Below are positions 13,256 through 24,895 of a stretch of DNA of 64,000 nucleotides, piece by piece. The position numbers were made by a program, and so were the translations under genes. Location: assembly GCA_965287045.1 (NCBI GenBank), contig OZ336871.1, forward strand, positions 97,712,001 through 97,776,000. Reading direction: 5' to 3'. Under the pieces are notes generated by a model. It did not search any database. It saw only the letters and a list, made by a program, of their open reading frames with translations, and was not told the DNA's origin. The stretch comes from Carcharhinus amblyrhynchos (Eukaryota). Position 1 is the first letter of the stretch; every line of letters starts with the position of its first letter.

Positions 13256-14660
13256 CTGTTATGAATGGATGAATTTTTCTAGCCTCCTCATGTCCCATTC
13301 ACAACTTACTTTTCCAACCAGCTTTGTGTCATCAGCAAAATTAACAACCATGCCCTCAAACTCTTCATCCAAGTCTTTTATATAAATTGTAAAAGAAAAT
13401 TGTAAAAAATTGATGCCACACCACTGTGGCAAACTACTCATTACATTCTGGCAACCAGAAAAGAAACCAATTTGTTTCCTGTTAGCTAGCCAATTTTCAT
13501 CCGTGCCAATATGTTACCTCTACACCATGAATTTTTAATCTCCACAATAATCTTAACAAATGTCTTCTGGAAATCTAAGTACAGTATATCCACCGGTTCC
13601 ACTTTATCCTCAAAACATGTGACTCCTTCAAAGGATTTCAATAAATTTATTAAATATGATTTTCCTTTCATTAAAATATGTTAACTCTGTTTGATTGTTG
13701 GCTTTTCCTAAGTATCCTGCATTAACATTCTTAATAATAGCTTCTAACATTTTCCCTATGACAGATGGCCTGTCCCCCTCCCTTTTTGAATAAAGGAATT
13801 GCATTTGCTATTTTCAAATCTAACAGAACTTTTCTCAAATTTAAGGAATTCTGGCAAATTAAAACCAGCACATTAACTATCTCGCTAACCATTTAAGACA
13901 CTTGAATAAGCCCACAGCTCCAACAATTTACTAAATATCACTTCCCTGATGATTGTAATTTTCCAGAGTTCCTTCCTCCAATATCTTGATTTAGAACATA
14001 AGAACATAAGAAATAGGAGCAGGAGTAGGCCATCTAGCCCTTCGAGCCTGCCCCGCCATTCAATAAGATCGTGGCTGATCTGAAGTGGCTCAGTTCCACT
14101 TTCCCGCTTTCTCCCCATAACCCTTAATCCCCTTGCCTACCAAAAACCTAAGTACCCGCGTCATAAATATATTTAGCGAGGTAGCCTCCACCACTTCAAC
14201 GGGCAGAGAATTCCAGAGATTCACCACCCTTTGAGTGAAGAAATTCCTCCTCAACTCGGTTCTAAACTGCCCCCTCCTTATCTTGAGGCTGTGCCCTCTA
14301 GTCCTGCTGTCCTTTCTGAGCGGGAAGAACCTCTCCACCTCTACCCTATCCATCCCCTTCATCATCTTATACGTCTCAATAAGATCCCCCTTCATCCTTC
14401 TAAACTCCAACGAGTACAAGCCAGGTCTATTCAGCCTCTCTTCATAGTTCAACCCCCTCAACTCTGGTATCAGCCTACTGAACCTCCTCTGCACTCCCTC
14501 CAAGGCCAAAATATCCTTGCACAAGTGCGGCGACCAAAACTGCACACAGTACTCCAGCTGTGGCCTCACCAGTGCCCTGTACAGTAATTTCTGGAAGATT
14601 ACTTGTATTCTCTATAGTGGAGACTGATGCTAAATACCTGTTTAATTAATCTGCCATTTA
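13256..14660 (-). mobile_element. Old CR1 LINE (13256-13991 + 14586-14660) with a young CR1 inserted
   Basis: NFADDTKLVGKV and YLDFQK motifs in ORFs 13259-13441 and 13486-13671. Confidence 0.8.
13992..14585 (-). mobile_element. Young CR1 3' fragment, same subfamily as 7485-8928
   Basis: ORF 14090-14569 is nearly identical in peptide to the C-terminal part of ORF 7713-8813. Confidence 0.92.
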
Positions 14661-15405
14661 GGTCATTTGGAGGGGCTGGAGAGAGGGATGTGGTCCATGC
14701 ACAGACCATCAGAGTGATCGTGCAGAGGGTGTGAAATAGACTGGAGTGGACGACCGAGGCATTGGAGGTATGATGGACAGAAAGGCCATTTGTGGTGAAA
14801 TTGGGAAGAGGCTGTAGTGATCAGTGGGCCTAACTGTGGAATTCCAATAGCATGTAATAGAAAACAGGTTTGCTTGTGCTGGGGTAGTGGGGAAAGCACT
14901 CCTGGCCCACTAGCAGTGCTAGAAAGGCATTTAACTATTATGTCCAGCCATTCTTACCTCCTTTCAGCTGTTGGATTTGCCAAGCTTTGGGAAACCCAAT
15001 TCGCAGCAATTAAACTTAAAACAGAGCTAAACTTGGAGGCATGCAGCCTCATTAAAATATTTGAATGATAGATCTAACTCTCGTTAGTTCCCCAACCCAC
15101 CTCCATTAATACCAGAAGAGGATGCATCTTTGAAAATAACCAACCCTTTACCCCTCTCTTACTGTTCCTACTGAGGAATTAAGATTCCCCTATGTGTGAC
15201 TGTCTAAAAGTGGCTGGTATAGTTATCATAAGCAGCTTGAAGGATGGTTATCACAAATCAATGGTATGAGATGATTTTCGTTATTTAAACAGGCAGCCAA
15301 ATCATTCATGAGAACATTTGGTGAGTAACATATCATCAGGCAAATGATCAGAATCAATTGCTTTAAGTCACAATAATATAAATGGTAAGCATGGCCATCA
15401 CTTAC

Positions 15406-15550
15406 CAATCTCTGCTGTGGTGAAATCCAGGTGTTTATACTGATAGGCTATTCCCACTTTAGTTTCCACTTGTGGTCGTTTAAGTGTTGAGTATATTTTG
15501 CCTGGGCTGTTCTCATCAGGCTTTTCCAGCTTTGGTAGGCCACAACCCAT
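15406..15550 (-). CDS. RFTN1: Raftlin first coding exon (MGCGLPKLEKPDENSPGKIYSTLKRPQVETKVGIAYQYKHLDFTTAEI+G)
   Basis: Raftlin signature STLKRPQVETK; N-terminal MGC acylation motif; donor G|GTAAGT at 15406/15405; acceptor after a pyrimidine tract at 15562-15563. 48 codons + 1 nt and the ATG in exon 2 favour RFTN1 over RFTN2 (recalled human gene structures). Confidence 0.88.
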
Positions 15551-15561
15551 TGTGACAGATG
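15551..15561 (-). other. RFTN1: 5'UTR part of raftlin exon 2
   Basis: ttttctattttgaattag|CATCTGTCACA-ATG on the minus strand. Confidence 0.7.
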
Positions 15562-16599
15562 CTAATTCAAAATAGAAAAGCACAAAAAGTGATAGAATCA
15601 ACAGCAGAACAGCAATAAATGACAGATTCAGATTCCTCTGGGAAACTAAATAAATCTTAATCAAATAAATGAACCACAAATTGGATGAACTATATTCATC
15701 AAAGATGTCAAATTCAGTTTGTTCAATGGATTTCGTCCTTAGCAACACAACTGCAGTCGTAGAAATATTTAGCAGTATTAACAATGCAACGTCTTAGTGG
15801 CAAGAGGTTTTCTACATTTGGTTTTCTCTGTTTTAACCGTCTGTACTGTTTCACTAATTCAGGGCTAAAATGGTTCTAATTTCCTATACTATATCTAGCA
15901 AATGATGGCACCATTGGGCACACCATTATTACCTAGTTAATGCTTCAACATGGAATTATTGATCACAGTGCTCTTCATTTGTAAAACTCAAAATGTTGAC
16001 CTTTTGATTGCGGTTTTGCATGTTCTCTCTCAGTATCTTTTATCTAATTGCTGATCTGAAAATATTTAATAGCTAATTCTGGAAAAAGATAAAGCGCCGG
16101 TAATATGGAACATTAACACAAAGTATTCGAGATTCCTACCCAATACATTAACCCATCTTTCTATTTCAGCCACTGACATTTCCAGCTTTTCCTGTTTTCA
16201 TTGTTGATAGTTGACATAAAAAGTGCTGGTAGAATTTTATGTGACTGGAATAACTGCTAATTTGGTGGTGATAAAACTGGTACAACAAGAATGAGTTTAC
16301 GCTCATCCGAGAACCAAACAAGCAGACTGTGCTTTAACTCCTAGAGGTCTTGTTCCATTTCTGGGTCATATTAATAAAAACTGCAGACTCTAATTAACAT
16401 ACAAGATCCTGCAAATAAAGTTTTATAATTCCACACACACCTTAATGTTATTTTAGCATTCTTTAAAAAGTCCTTTTCAGATGAGGGAATAAAAAATGTG
16501 CTTCTTTGAAGGTTGTGAAGTTAGGGCTGAACCGTTGATGTAAACCAGCACAGCATACAACATTTGAGAACAATCTGAGAATTGTTTGACCAGAAACAT

Positions 16600-16878
16600 C
16601 CAAGAACTTAAGAAGTGAGAGCAGGAGTGGATCTTTCAGCCCCTCAAACCTGCACTGACATGAGGTACAGTTATGGCCGATCCACAACCTCAACCCCACT
16701 TCCTGTCCAATCCCCATAGCCTGTTCCTGTGTTCAGAAATCTATCTCAGCCTTGAGTAGACTCAATGGCTGAGCAGCTGCAGCTGGCTATGGTAGAGAAT
16801 TCCAAAGATCCGCAGCCCTCTTAGTGAAGGATTTTCTCCTTAACTGAGTCCTATGGTTGCCCCCTCATCCTGAGATTA
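16600..16878 (-). mobile_element. Old CR1 3' fragment
   Basis: ggagcaggagtgg...ttcagcccctcaaacctgc tail; gaattccaaagat. Confidence 0.7.
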
Positions 16879-17669
16879 TAGACTGGATTGTGTGTTGAGA
16901 ACAGGCTCCCATTGTAAATGTCGAGGGGCGGGGGAAGGGGTGGGGAGGGTAACAGGGGGGTGCAGGGGTGAGCCAGCCTCTGTTGGCCTGGCTCATCTGA
17001 CTTTATTTTTTCCAAGCCTTTAATTGTTATGAGGCGAGACTTTCAACCCCATCCAGGAGGAAGTGCCATCTCAGAGAGCTGCCAGCTAATCGGAGATTGG
17101 CAGCTCCACTGTAACTGAGGCACCACCAGGTGCTGTGGCCACTGCCGGTACTGCACTGAGGATATCGAGAAAGTGTTCAGTGATGAACCAAACGTCCACA
17201 CGAGTCTCAGATCTTGCTGTGGCCATGCTGGCAAGCTCCAATGAGAGCGGTGGAGCAGTCATATTGGGCAGAGCAGGGGAGAAGATGAACATGTAGAGGA
17301 AAAACTGCGAAGGAGCCTTCTGATTGGCACAGGAGACAAAGAAAAGAGGAGTGCCCCCCCACCCCTCAACCGCCATGCCCCCACTAAACAGCAGTCCGCA
17401 GGTCTTTTCTACCACGCATTAAATCTGAGTAGTAGCTGGATTAATTACTCACTTAAGGCCCTCATTGGACCAAGGGTGGGCAGTCCACCTGACATCTCCA
17501 CCGCAACTTGTAAAATTGTGGCAGGGTGGCAGGGCAGGTTGATCAGCAGTGGGCACACCGCCTGTGCCACTGCACCCTATTTTATGGGTCCACACAGCTG
17601 CTTTGTCATCCATAGGTGATCTGTAAAATCAAGTGCTACGTTCTGGCTCATGATTCTCCAGACAGGGGA

Positions 17670-18070
17670 AAGAGTCTCTGAGCATTGAACAGGATGCATA
17701 AAGCTGGCTTGTATTCTCTTAAGTTTAGAAGGTTGAAAAAGTATCTGATCAAGGTGTTTCAAATGAAAACAGCATTCAATATATAGAAACCAGTTCCTGT
17801 GACAAGAGGATCTAGAATAAGGGCCAAAGTTAGGACCAAGTCATTCAGGATTAAAACCAGACACGAATGTTACACACAAATGATAGTGGAAATCTGGAAC
17901 TCTCTCCCCGAAAAATTGATGGGTCGTTTAAAATTTTAAAACTGATATCAATAGTTTTTGTTTGGCAAGAGTATCAAGAGTTATGGAGCAAAGATGGGCA
18001 GTAGAGATGAGGCACAGTGACAGATCAGCCATGGTTTAATTTAATGGTGGTATCGGTTCAAGAGGTTGAG
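17670..18070 (+). mobile_element. Old CR1 3' fragment
   Basis: ggcttgtattctct..tttagaagg; gtggaaatctggaactctctccc; agatcagccatg. Confidence 0.7.
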
Positions 18071-18479
18071 GGACAGTCCCCACGAGGCCACTGCAATTTT
18101 AACCATAGGGCCTCATATTAACTCCTGTTCCTCCTGGCCCCACGGAGGAATATAAAATCTTACCTAGAAGTCCTCCTTGGCTCCCCAAACCTCTTCTTGC
18201 AAGGCTTCACCTGGTGTAAAAGCTTGCCCACTCAGAGATTTAAATCGATATTGGGGCCAGATTATATATTCAATTCTGATTAACATATATGCATTCGAAC
18301 CCTATCAGCTTTGGGTGGCAACTCTGCTAAATTAGGGTAACTACAGGAGCTGGCATGCCTTTCTGTATTGCTGCTATTGACAGACAAAGTCAAATCTGCT
18401 CTAAAGTTTGTGTTTGGTGTTTGTTTTGTGGTCTGTTAAGTGGCAGACGGAATATCGATGCACGACTAAGTTCAGTATT

Positions 18480-18692
18480 TACCGTACTAATGCCCCTGAC
18501 ACTAGGACCAATTTAGCATGGCCAGTCAACCTAACTTACACATCTTTGGAGTGTGGGAGGAAACTGGAGCAGCTGAAGGAAACCCATGCAGACACAGGGC
18601 AAACTCCACACAGTCACCCGAGCCGGGAAACAAATCCTGGTTCTTGGCACTGTGAGGCAGCAATGCTGATCAACTGTGCCACCATGCCGCAG
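18480..18692 (-). mobile_element. HE1-type SINE
   Basis: ggagtgtgggaggaaactggagca..aacccatgcagacac..gtgccaccatgccgc. Confidence 0.85.
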
Positions 18693-20036
18693 TGGGTCTT
18701 CTGTGACTCATTAAAACAAATGCCTCAAATGGGAGAGTGACTTCAATATTGAGTCAGTTCTGATTTGCTAAAAATGTTCTATAATTGTTCATAAACAGTA
18801 TCTTTAACAATTATTATTTACAGATAATAATTATCTTTAAACCATTCTTTGTTTTTTAAAGAATTACTTGCAATGAATGTTATGCTTGTTTTTTTCAGTG
18901 ACCAAAGGATTCTATTTTCAAATCTCATATTACATTTATGTTTTAGTCAGGATATTTTTCATTCATAAGTTTACAAGACATCACTGGGAATTCACATCCT
19001 CTTCAGAAGTTACCTAACCTGACTGAGAGGAAACTTCTGTTTTCAATCCATGTGCATAATTGAAATACTGTGCATTTATTATTTCTTCTTTACCTCTACA
19101 ACAGAAACCTACTGAAAGAACTGGAATGGTAGTTAATATGAAAACAAAGGTATTAAATGTATTTTTTAAGGGACTGCAAGCTGGAATTCTCAACGCCAGA
19201 CTCAGTGAGCTGAGGAACAAAGTTTCATCATTAGCTAAATTGTTGGTTTTAGTTTTTTAAATAATTGCCACTAGTTTTCAAAGCACGCTCTATCACATTC
19301 TGTTAAAGTTTTGGAGATTAGTTCCAAACTGTCTTTAACTACAGATAAAACCTTGTAAAATAGTCATTTTTCTTAAAGAAATGTAGCCATGCTGTACTTT
19401 CCAATAAAGTCTGTATTTTATGAGGGGAAGGAGACGCCATTAATACATCATTAAATATGTGTAAAGAATTCAGCATGCAAGTCCAGCTGAATTTTTATTT
19501 ACTCCTGTGGTGTAACAATACTTATGGTGTCAATGGAACAAAAGTAATTCCACATGCATCAGAATTGTGCAAAAATACTTATGAAGCAAATAGTAAATAG
19601 AACATTTAACCCTTTGAAGACTGATGCTCCTTTTATTCCATATGTATAAACTTCATACAGTTGGAATATAAATGCCAACTGATGTAAAGAGATCATTCTT
19701 TCTTCATTATCAATGGGAAACAATATTATTAAATATTCTAAGATAATGCCTTGGAGACTATGTTTTTCAGACATTTATAGACTTAGTTGGTCCATAACGG
19801 GTTAAAGAAAGAGCTCTTCAGACAATTCACGTTTATTTTGTAACACATTTCCTGTGACATTTAATCAAAGGAAAACAAAGGCTGAAAAGAAGGTTTATAT
19901 CGTAAAGACCAAACAAAATACTGTTTACATTGCGGCAATGCTCTCGTGCTCTTTCAGAACTAGCACCAAGGCACACAGTCTACAACGACATTTAGAACTA
20001 TTAACATACAAATTCAAACACAAATAATGGATTTAC

Positions 20037-20268
20037 CTGAGAAAGGCTTGCCCCAAAAATTATTTCAAACAAAACCGGCGGTCTGTTCAGGAATTGCGAA
20101 CAATCCAAATACGACCCACAAAGAAAGGTTCTCTCATCTCAGGGAAGGAAGTTACTGACCCTGAAGGAAACTTGGATGAGCTTTACGAGCAAGAACTAAC
20201 TCGAAAAAGGCTGGAGTGCGACAAAGCACAACAAGCGACTCCCAGAAATACAGGGAGGGGGGAGCCGA
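20037..20268 (-). other. RFTN1: Probable non-coding exon 1 of RFTN1 (5' end estimated)
   Basis: Donor CAG|GTAAAT at 20037/20036; repeat-free and CpG-retaining; TATAAGG on the minus strand starting at 20298. Confidence 0.5.
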
Positions 20269-20269
20269 G

Positions 20270-20770
20270 CCATACGTGAAAGTGGCTCGATCCTTATACA
20301 GATTGTACAAATGAAGTTTGTAGCTCTAAATTTATCCGCTCACTTCCTTTTGCTCTTGCAAAAAAACGTCATGCATCAAAAATTTTAATCTTCATCGCTG
20401 CGTGTTCAGTAAAAAACCACATCCTGTAACAGTTTCGGTGTGTTTTTTTTCCATTCTTTTCCCACTCTACTGGTCAAATCACAATTGCAAGGAAACGTCT
20501 CCAAAATACCAGCTCCAGTCTTGTCGAGATCACTGAAATAAGTGAGCTGGGTACGAGGCGAGAGCAGAGCAGGCAAAAATGTGTCTGAGCCAGCTGAGCT
20601 GTGTGAGCATCAGTGCAGCCGCCAGATGGGTCTGGCCAGCATGCTCTCTTCACTCTTCAATGAAATTCACATTTTAAAACCCGGACCGGCAGAACCCCCT
20701 CCCCTGGGGCTGAAATCCATTAGGGGGATCTCTGGAGGAGACTGTTAAAGGGGGCAATCCACTCCTGGGA
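20270..20770 (-). promoter_or_regulatory. Putative RFTN1 promoter with TATA-like, PU.1/ETS, ETS:RUNX and CTCF-like motifs
   Basis: AAAGGAAGTG (20341-20350, minus); ACAGGATGTGGT (20416-20427, minus); AGTTTCGG (20431-20438); CCGCCAGATGGG (20619-20630). Confidence 0.55.
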
Positions 20771-21136
20771 CAGTCTGGGACTAATTGAAATTTCACTTAA
20801 ATAAAACAGAAAAGATCTGCTGGTCTTGAAAAACAAACTGCCACAGGGGACTCAATTATCTGGTCGATGTCAAAGCAAGAAAGTTTGGAGGATTAACAGT
20901 CCGGAAGAACTGACGATGGATTGATATGAGGCAGCGACCAAGTGGCTGAAAAATCCAATCATAGTCTAGAGAAGGTTGTCTCCCCAATTCAGACTCAGAC
21001 CCCCGTGGTGGCCATGGACAGCTGAGCCGAACTGATGCTCAACAGAACCACTCAAAACTGGTCCGTTTGTGTCTTCAGGACCAGACAAGTTATGCTGGGA
21101 ACATGGATCACACTACGCAGTGCACTGAAGAATAGA

Positions 21137-21351
21137 CATGATGTGGAGATGCCGACGTTGGACTGGGGTGGGTACAGTAAGAAGTCTCACAACACCAGGT
21201 TAGAGTTCAACAGGTTTATTTGGTATCACAAGTTTTTGGAGTGCTGCTCCTTCATGAGGGGACTCACCTGATGAAGGAGCAGCGCTCTGAAAGCTCGTTC
21301 CACCAAATAAACCTGTTGGACTTTAACCTGGTGTTGTGAGACTTCTTACTG
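21137..21351. mobile_element. Penelope-terminus-derived palindromic mini-element
   Basis: 21175-21351 is an inverted repeat (cagtaagaagtctcacaacaccagg...cctggtgttgtgagacttcttactg) matching the termini of the Penelope at 54628-56897. Confidence 0.85.
21264..21299 (+). ncRNA. Minimal hammerhead ribozyme-like motif
   Basis: CTGATGA (21268-21274), stem GGAGC/agc/GCTCT, GAAA (21289-21292), GC, TC; stem I is very short. Confidence 0.5.
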
Positions 21352-21969
21352 AGGATAGAAATTTTGGTCAACTGTGAGACTTCAATTGGAGATTGATGAG
21401 AGGGGGTAATAGTAACTGGCACCCTCCCCTCTTTCTCCCAAAGTACTTCTACAGGACCAGCAGCTTTCTTAAAGGCCATTCACCCAACTGCTTTCCACTT
21501 GAGAAAACTGACTGCAGCACACATGACACATATTCCAGACTACCGGTGGTCAGTTTTCTAAAGGACACTCAAATAAGCCAATCTTCTTATGCAATAGTCT
21601 GACTTCAGCTTAAGGCGAGTATCCTGGATGATTACAGGCCACGTAATGAATATGGTGTGTATTACATGCCTATCCTGCAATGACCACATGCATGACACAT
21701 ATATGACATGCAGCAAGCTTGGAGAGAGGCCATATGGTCCAGAAGCATTATCTCCTGGTCCTGGATCCAGTGTAGGTAACATTTCAATGTTATCCTCAGA
21801 AAGGCAAGCAATGGTGAATTTGTCTCTTTCTTTCTCATCTTGCTCAATCTTGCCCCTTCATCTCTCACCACCCCAAATTCTCTCAACCACATCATTATCT
21901 ATCACATGCAAACACAATACCACATTTAACCTTCAATGCAGATGCACACTCATCACTGCCTTACTATTT

Positions 21970-23180
21970 TCCTCTTGTGGGGCAATCTAGAACAAGACGT
22001 TGTAGTTTTAGGATAAGGGGTAGCAAATTTAAAACATAGATGAGGACAAACTACTTCTCTTAAAGGGTTGTTTATTGTTCAACAATGTTCATAGCTATGA
22101 ACATTGTCGAACAATACAGCAGGATATAGATAGGCTGGAAAATTGGGCAGAGAAATGGCAAATGGAATTTAATCCTGATAAATGCAAGGTGATGCATTTT
22201 GGAAGATCTAATGTAGGGGGGAGCTATACAATAAATGGTAGGGCCATCAAGAGTATAGAAACACAGAGGGACCTAGGTGTGCAAGTCCACAAATCCCTGA
22301 AGGTGGCAGCACAGGTGGAGAAGGTAGTGAAGAAGGCATATGATATGCTTGCCTTTATAAGATGGGGTTTAGAGTATAAAAGCTGGAGTCTGATGTTGCA
22401 GCTGTATAGAATGCTAGTTAGGCCACATTTGGAGTACTGCATCCAATTCTGGTCACCACACTACCAGAAGGACATGGAGGCTTTAGAGAGAGTGCAGAGA
22501 AGGTTTACCAGGATGTTGCCTGGTATGGAGGATCTTAGCTATGAGGAGAGATTGGGTAGACTGGGATTGTTCTCCCCAGAAAGGTGGAGAATGAGGGGAG
22601 ATCTAATAGAGGTGTACAAAGTTATGAAGGGTATAGATAGGGTGAATAGTGGGAAGCTTTATCCCAGATCGGAGGTGACGATCACGAGGGGTCACAGGCT
22701 CAAGGTGAGAGGGGCGAGGTATAACTCCGATATCAGAGGGACGTTTTTTACGCAGAGGGTGGTGGGGGCCTGGAATGCGCTGCCAAGTAGGGTGGTGGAG
22801 GCAGACATGCTGGCATCGTTTAAGAATTACCTGGATAGTCACATGAGCAGCCTGGGAATGGAGGGATACAAACAAATGGTCTAGTTGGACCAATGAGCAG
22901 CACAGAGTTGGAGGGCCGAAGGGCCTGTTTCCTGTGCTGTACTGTTCTTTGTTCTTGTTGTGAATCTGTGGAATTCACTACCCCAGAGTCTGGCAGATGT
23001 GGGAGTAAATTTAAGGATGTGATAGACTTTTTATTAGTAATGGATTGAAGGGTTATGGAGAATGGACAGAAAGTGGAGTTGAGGCTGAAATGAAATCAAC
23101 TACGATTTTATTGAATGGTGGAGCAGGCACAAAGAGCTGAATTGCCCACTTCTGCTCCTAGTTCTATGTTCCTATGTTCT
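21970..23180 (+). mobile_element. Older CR1 3' fragment (21970-22070 + 22958-23180) with a younger CR1 (about 22075-22957) inserted
   Basis: ORF 22075-22884 is a CR1 RT C-terminus; the host phrase agggttg|tgaatctgtggaattc is split across the insert. Confidence 0.9.
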
Positions 23181-23212
23181 TCACAACAGCCACAAGCAGC
23201 ATTTTGTTCTGA

Positions 23213-23605
23213 TATTTTGATTTTTGATTTGATTTATTGTCACATATATTAACATACAATGAAAAGTATCGTTTCTTACGCTCTACACAGACAAAGCATA
23301 CTGTTCATAGAGAAGGAAATGAGAGAGTGCAGAATGTAATGTTACAGTCATAGCTAAGATGTAGAGAAAGATCAACTTAATGCAAGGTAGGTCCATTCAA
23401 AAGTCTGATGGCAACAGGGAAGAAGCTGCTCTTGAGTCAGTTGGTATGTGATTTCAGACTTTTGTATCTTTTTCCTGATGGAAGAAGGCAAAAGAGGGAA
23501 TGTCCGGGGTGCGTGGAGTCCTTAATTATGCTGGCTGTTTTGCCGAGGCAGCAGGAAGTGTAGACAAAGTCAATGGATGGGAGGCTGGCTTGCATGATGG
23601 TTTGC
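23213..23605 (-). mobile_element. Rex1/Babar-like LINE 3' end
   Basis: Reverse-complement match to 7277-7484 and 8929-9120; (TTTGA)n tail. Confidence 0.8.
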
Positions 23606-24775
23606 GATACAATAGCATTTGCAAAACTAGGAATTCCTGGTTCATTTCACATTCCAGTCACTCGCTTTCCATTCAACACTTCACCACCTTGTTTGCATTG
23701 CATTTCTCTCTCTCAGTATCTGCATTCGCAGAAGTCCCATCAATACTAATAACACTAATAAATAAAATTTAAACTTGAAAGCTATGTGCACTTTTCATTA
23801 CAGGGAAGATCACTAATTCTCTTCCTTTCAGAGAAGACAGTGTACAATATGGTAGAAGAGGAAGACTGGCAGAAAAATACCCAACGTGGTGATCCTCTCA
23901 AAGTTACAATGGCACGCTGGACTCTCCAAAGCTGTGCAAACTGGGCATTTTAAAACTGGGGTTTGTCTGAGCAATGGTTATTATCATTATTTGTACCTCA
24001 TCATGTGCATTAGGAAAATACACATTCAGCTAAGCTAACTTGCATCCCTTTCTCCATTTTCTTTTCATTCTCTATAAGATTCCTGAGGGAAAGACAATGC
24101 ATCTTTCCTATGCATCAATATAGGGGCTGGCATCCCCAGTGGTGTCGATAGTGAATTACAGGGGCCTGCACATGCTGTGGCACCCAACATAAATCAACAA
24201 ACGGAACAACTAGTGGCAGGGACAACCCCGGAGATGGCTTCTTGAAGGGTGACATCCTTTCCCAATTCTACCAAGAAGGATAGTGATGCAGACTTTAGGA
24301 ATCTGGTCTTGAAAAGAAAGCCAAAGGAGTCAGCTATGCTGGGCATTGGAATGACTGTCAAGGAGTTTCATCACCACAGCTAAACAAAAAGGCGTCTTCT
24401 TTCAGTTTGTCTGGTGTCAGCTCACACAGCATTGCCACTCTGCAATCTATCTCGTAGAGTGTGGCTACCTCCAGGGACTCTGCAGCCAGACCCTCACAAT
24501 AAGGGTTGTTGTTACAAGTCATTGCAATTTTAGTGACAAGTTCAAGGGATAACTTTACATCTTCTTTCAACTCCTGAGTTTGGATTGTCAGTATGTCACT
24601 GATTTAGAAGTTGATGTTTTGTCTTGGGTTCCGGGTTAGATAGCTTTTTTTTAGCGCTTGCCTTTTACCCTAAGAATGCTACCATAGACATAGAACACAT
24701 TTTTGTTTATTTACAAAACAACGTAAATCATAGTGCTCTACATAAGGTTGTATTTATGCTTCCCACCAGATCTCA

Positions 24776-24895
24776 GGCCAGGATTCTCCGGCCTCATCGC
24801 TGGCTTGGATTTTGTAGTGAGCAGAGATTTGGCTGAGCACCAAATTCTCTATTCTCACTGACAGTGGGAGCATTCGACATCAGAGAATTCTGGCC
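24776..24895. mobile_element. 120-bp MITE, Harbinger-type
   Basis: TIRs GGCCAGGATTCTC / GAGAATTCTGGCC (12/13 match) flanked by a TCA 3-bp duplication. Confidence 0.7.

Noticed and set aside
15551-15784. N-terminal 79-aa hydrophobic extension of ORF 15398-15784
   Set aside because: It runs through the pyrimidine tract and acceptor; raftlin needs Met-Gly-Cys at the N-terminus for acylation
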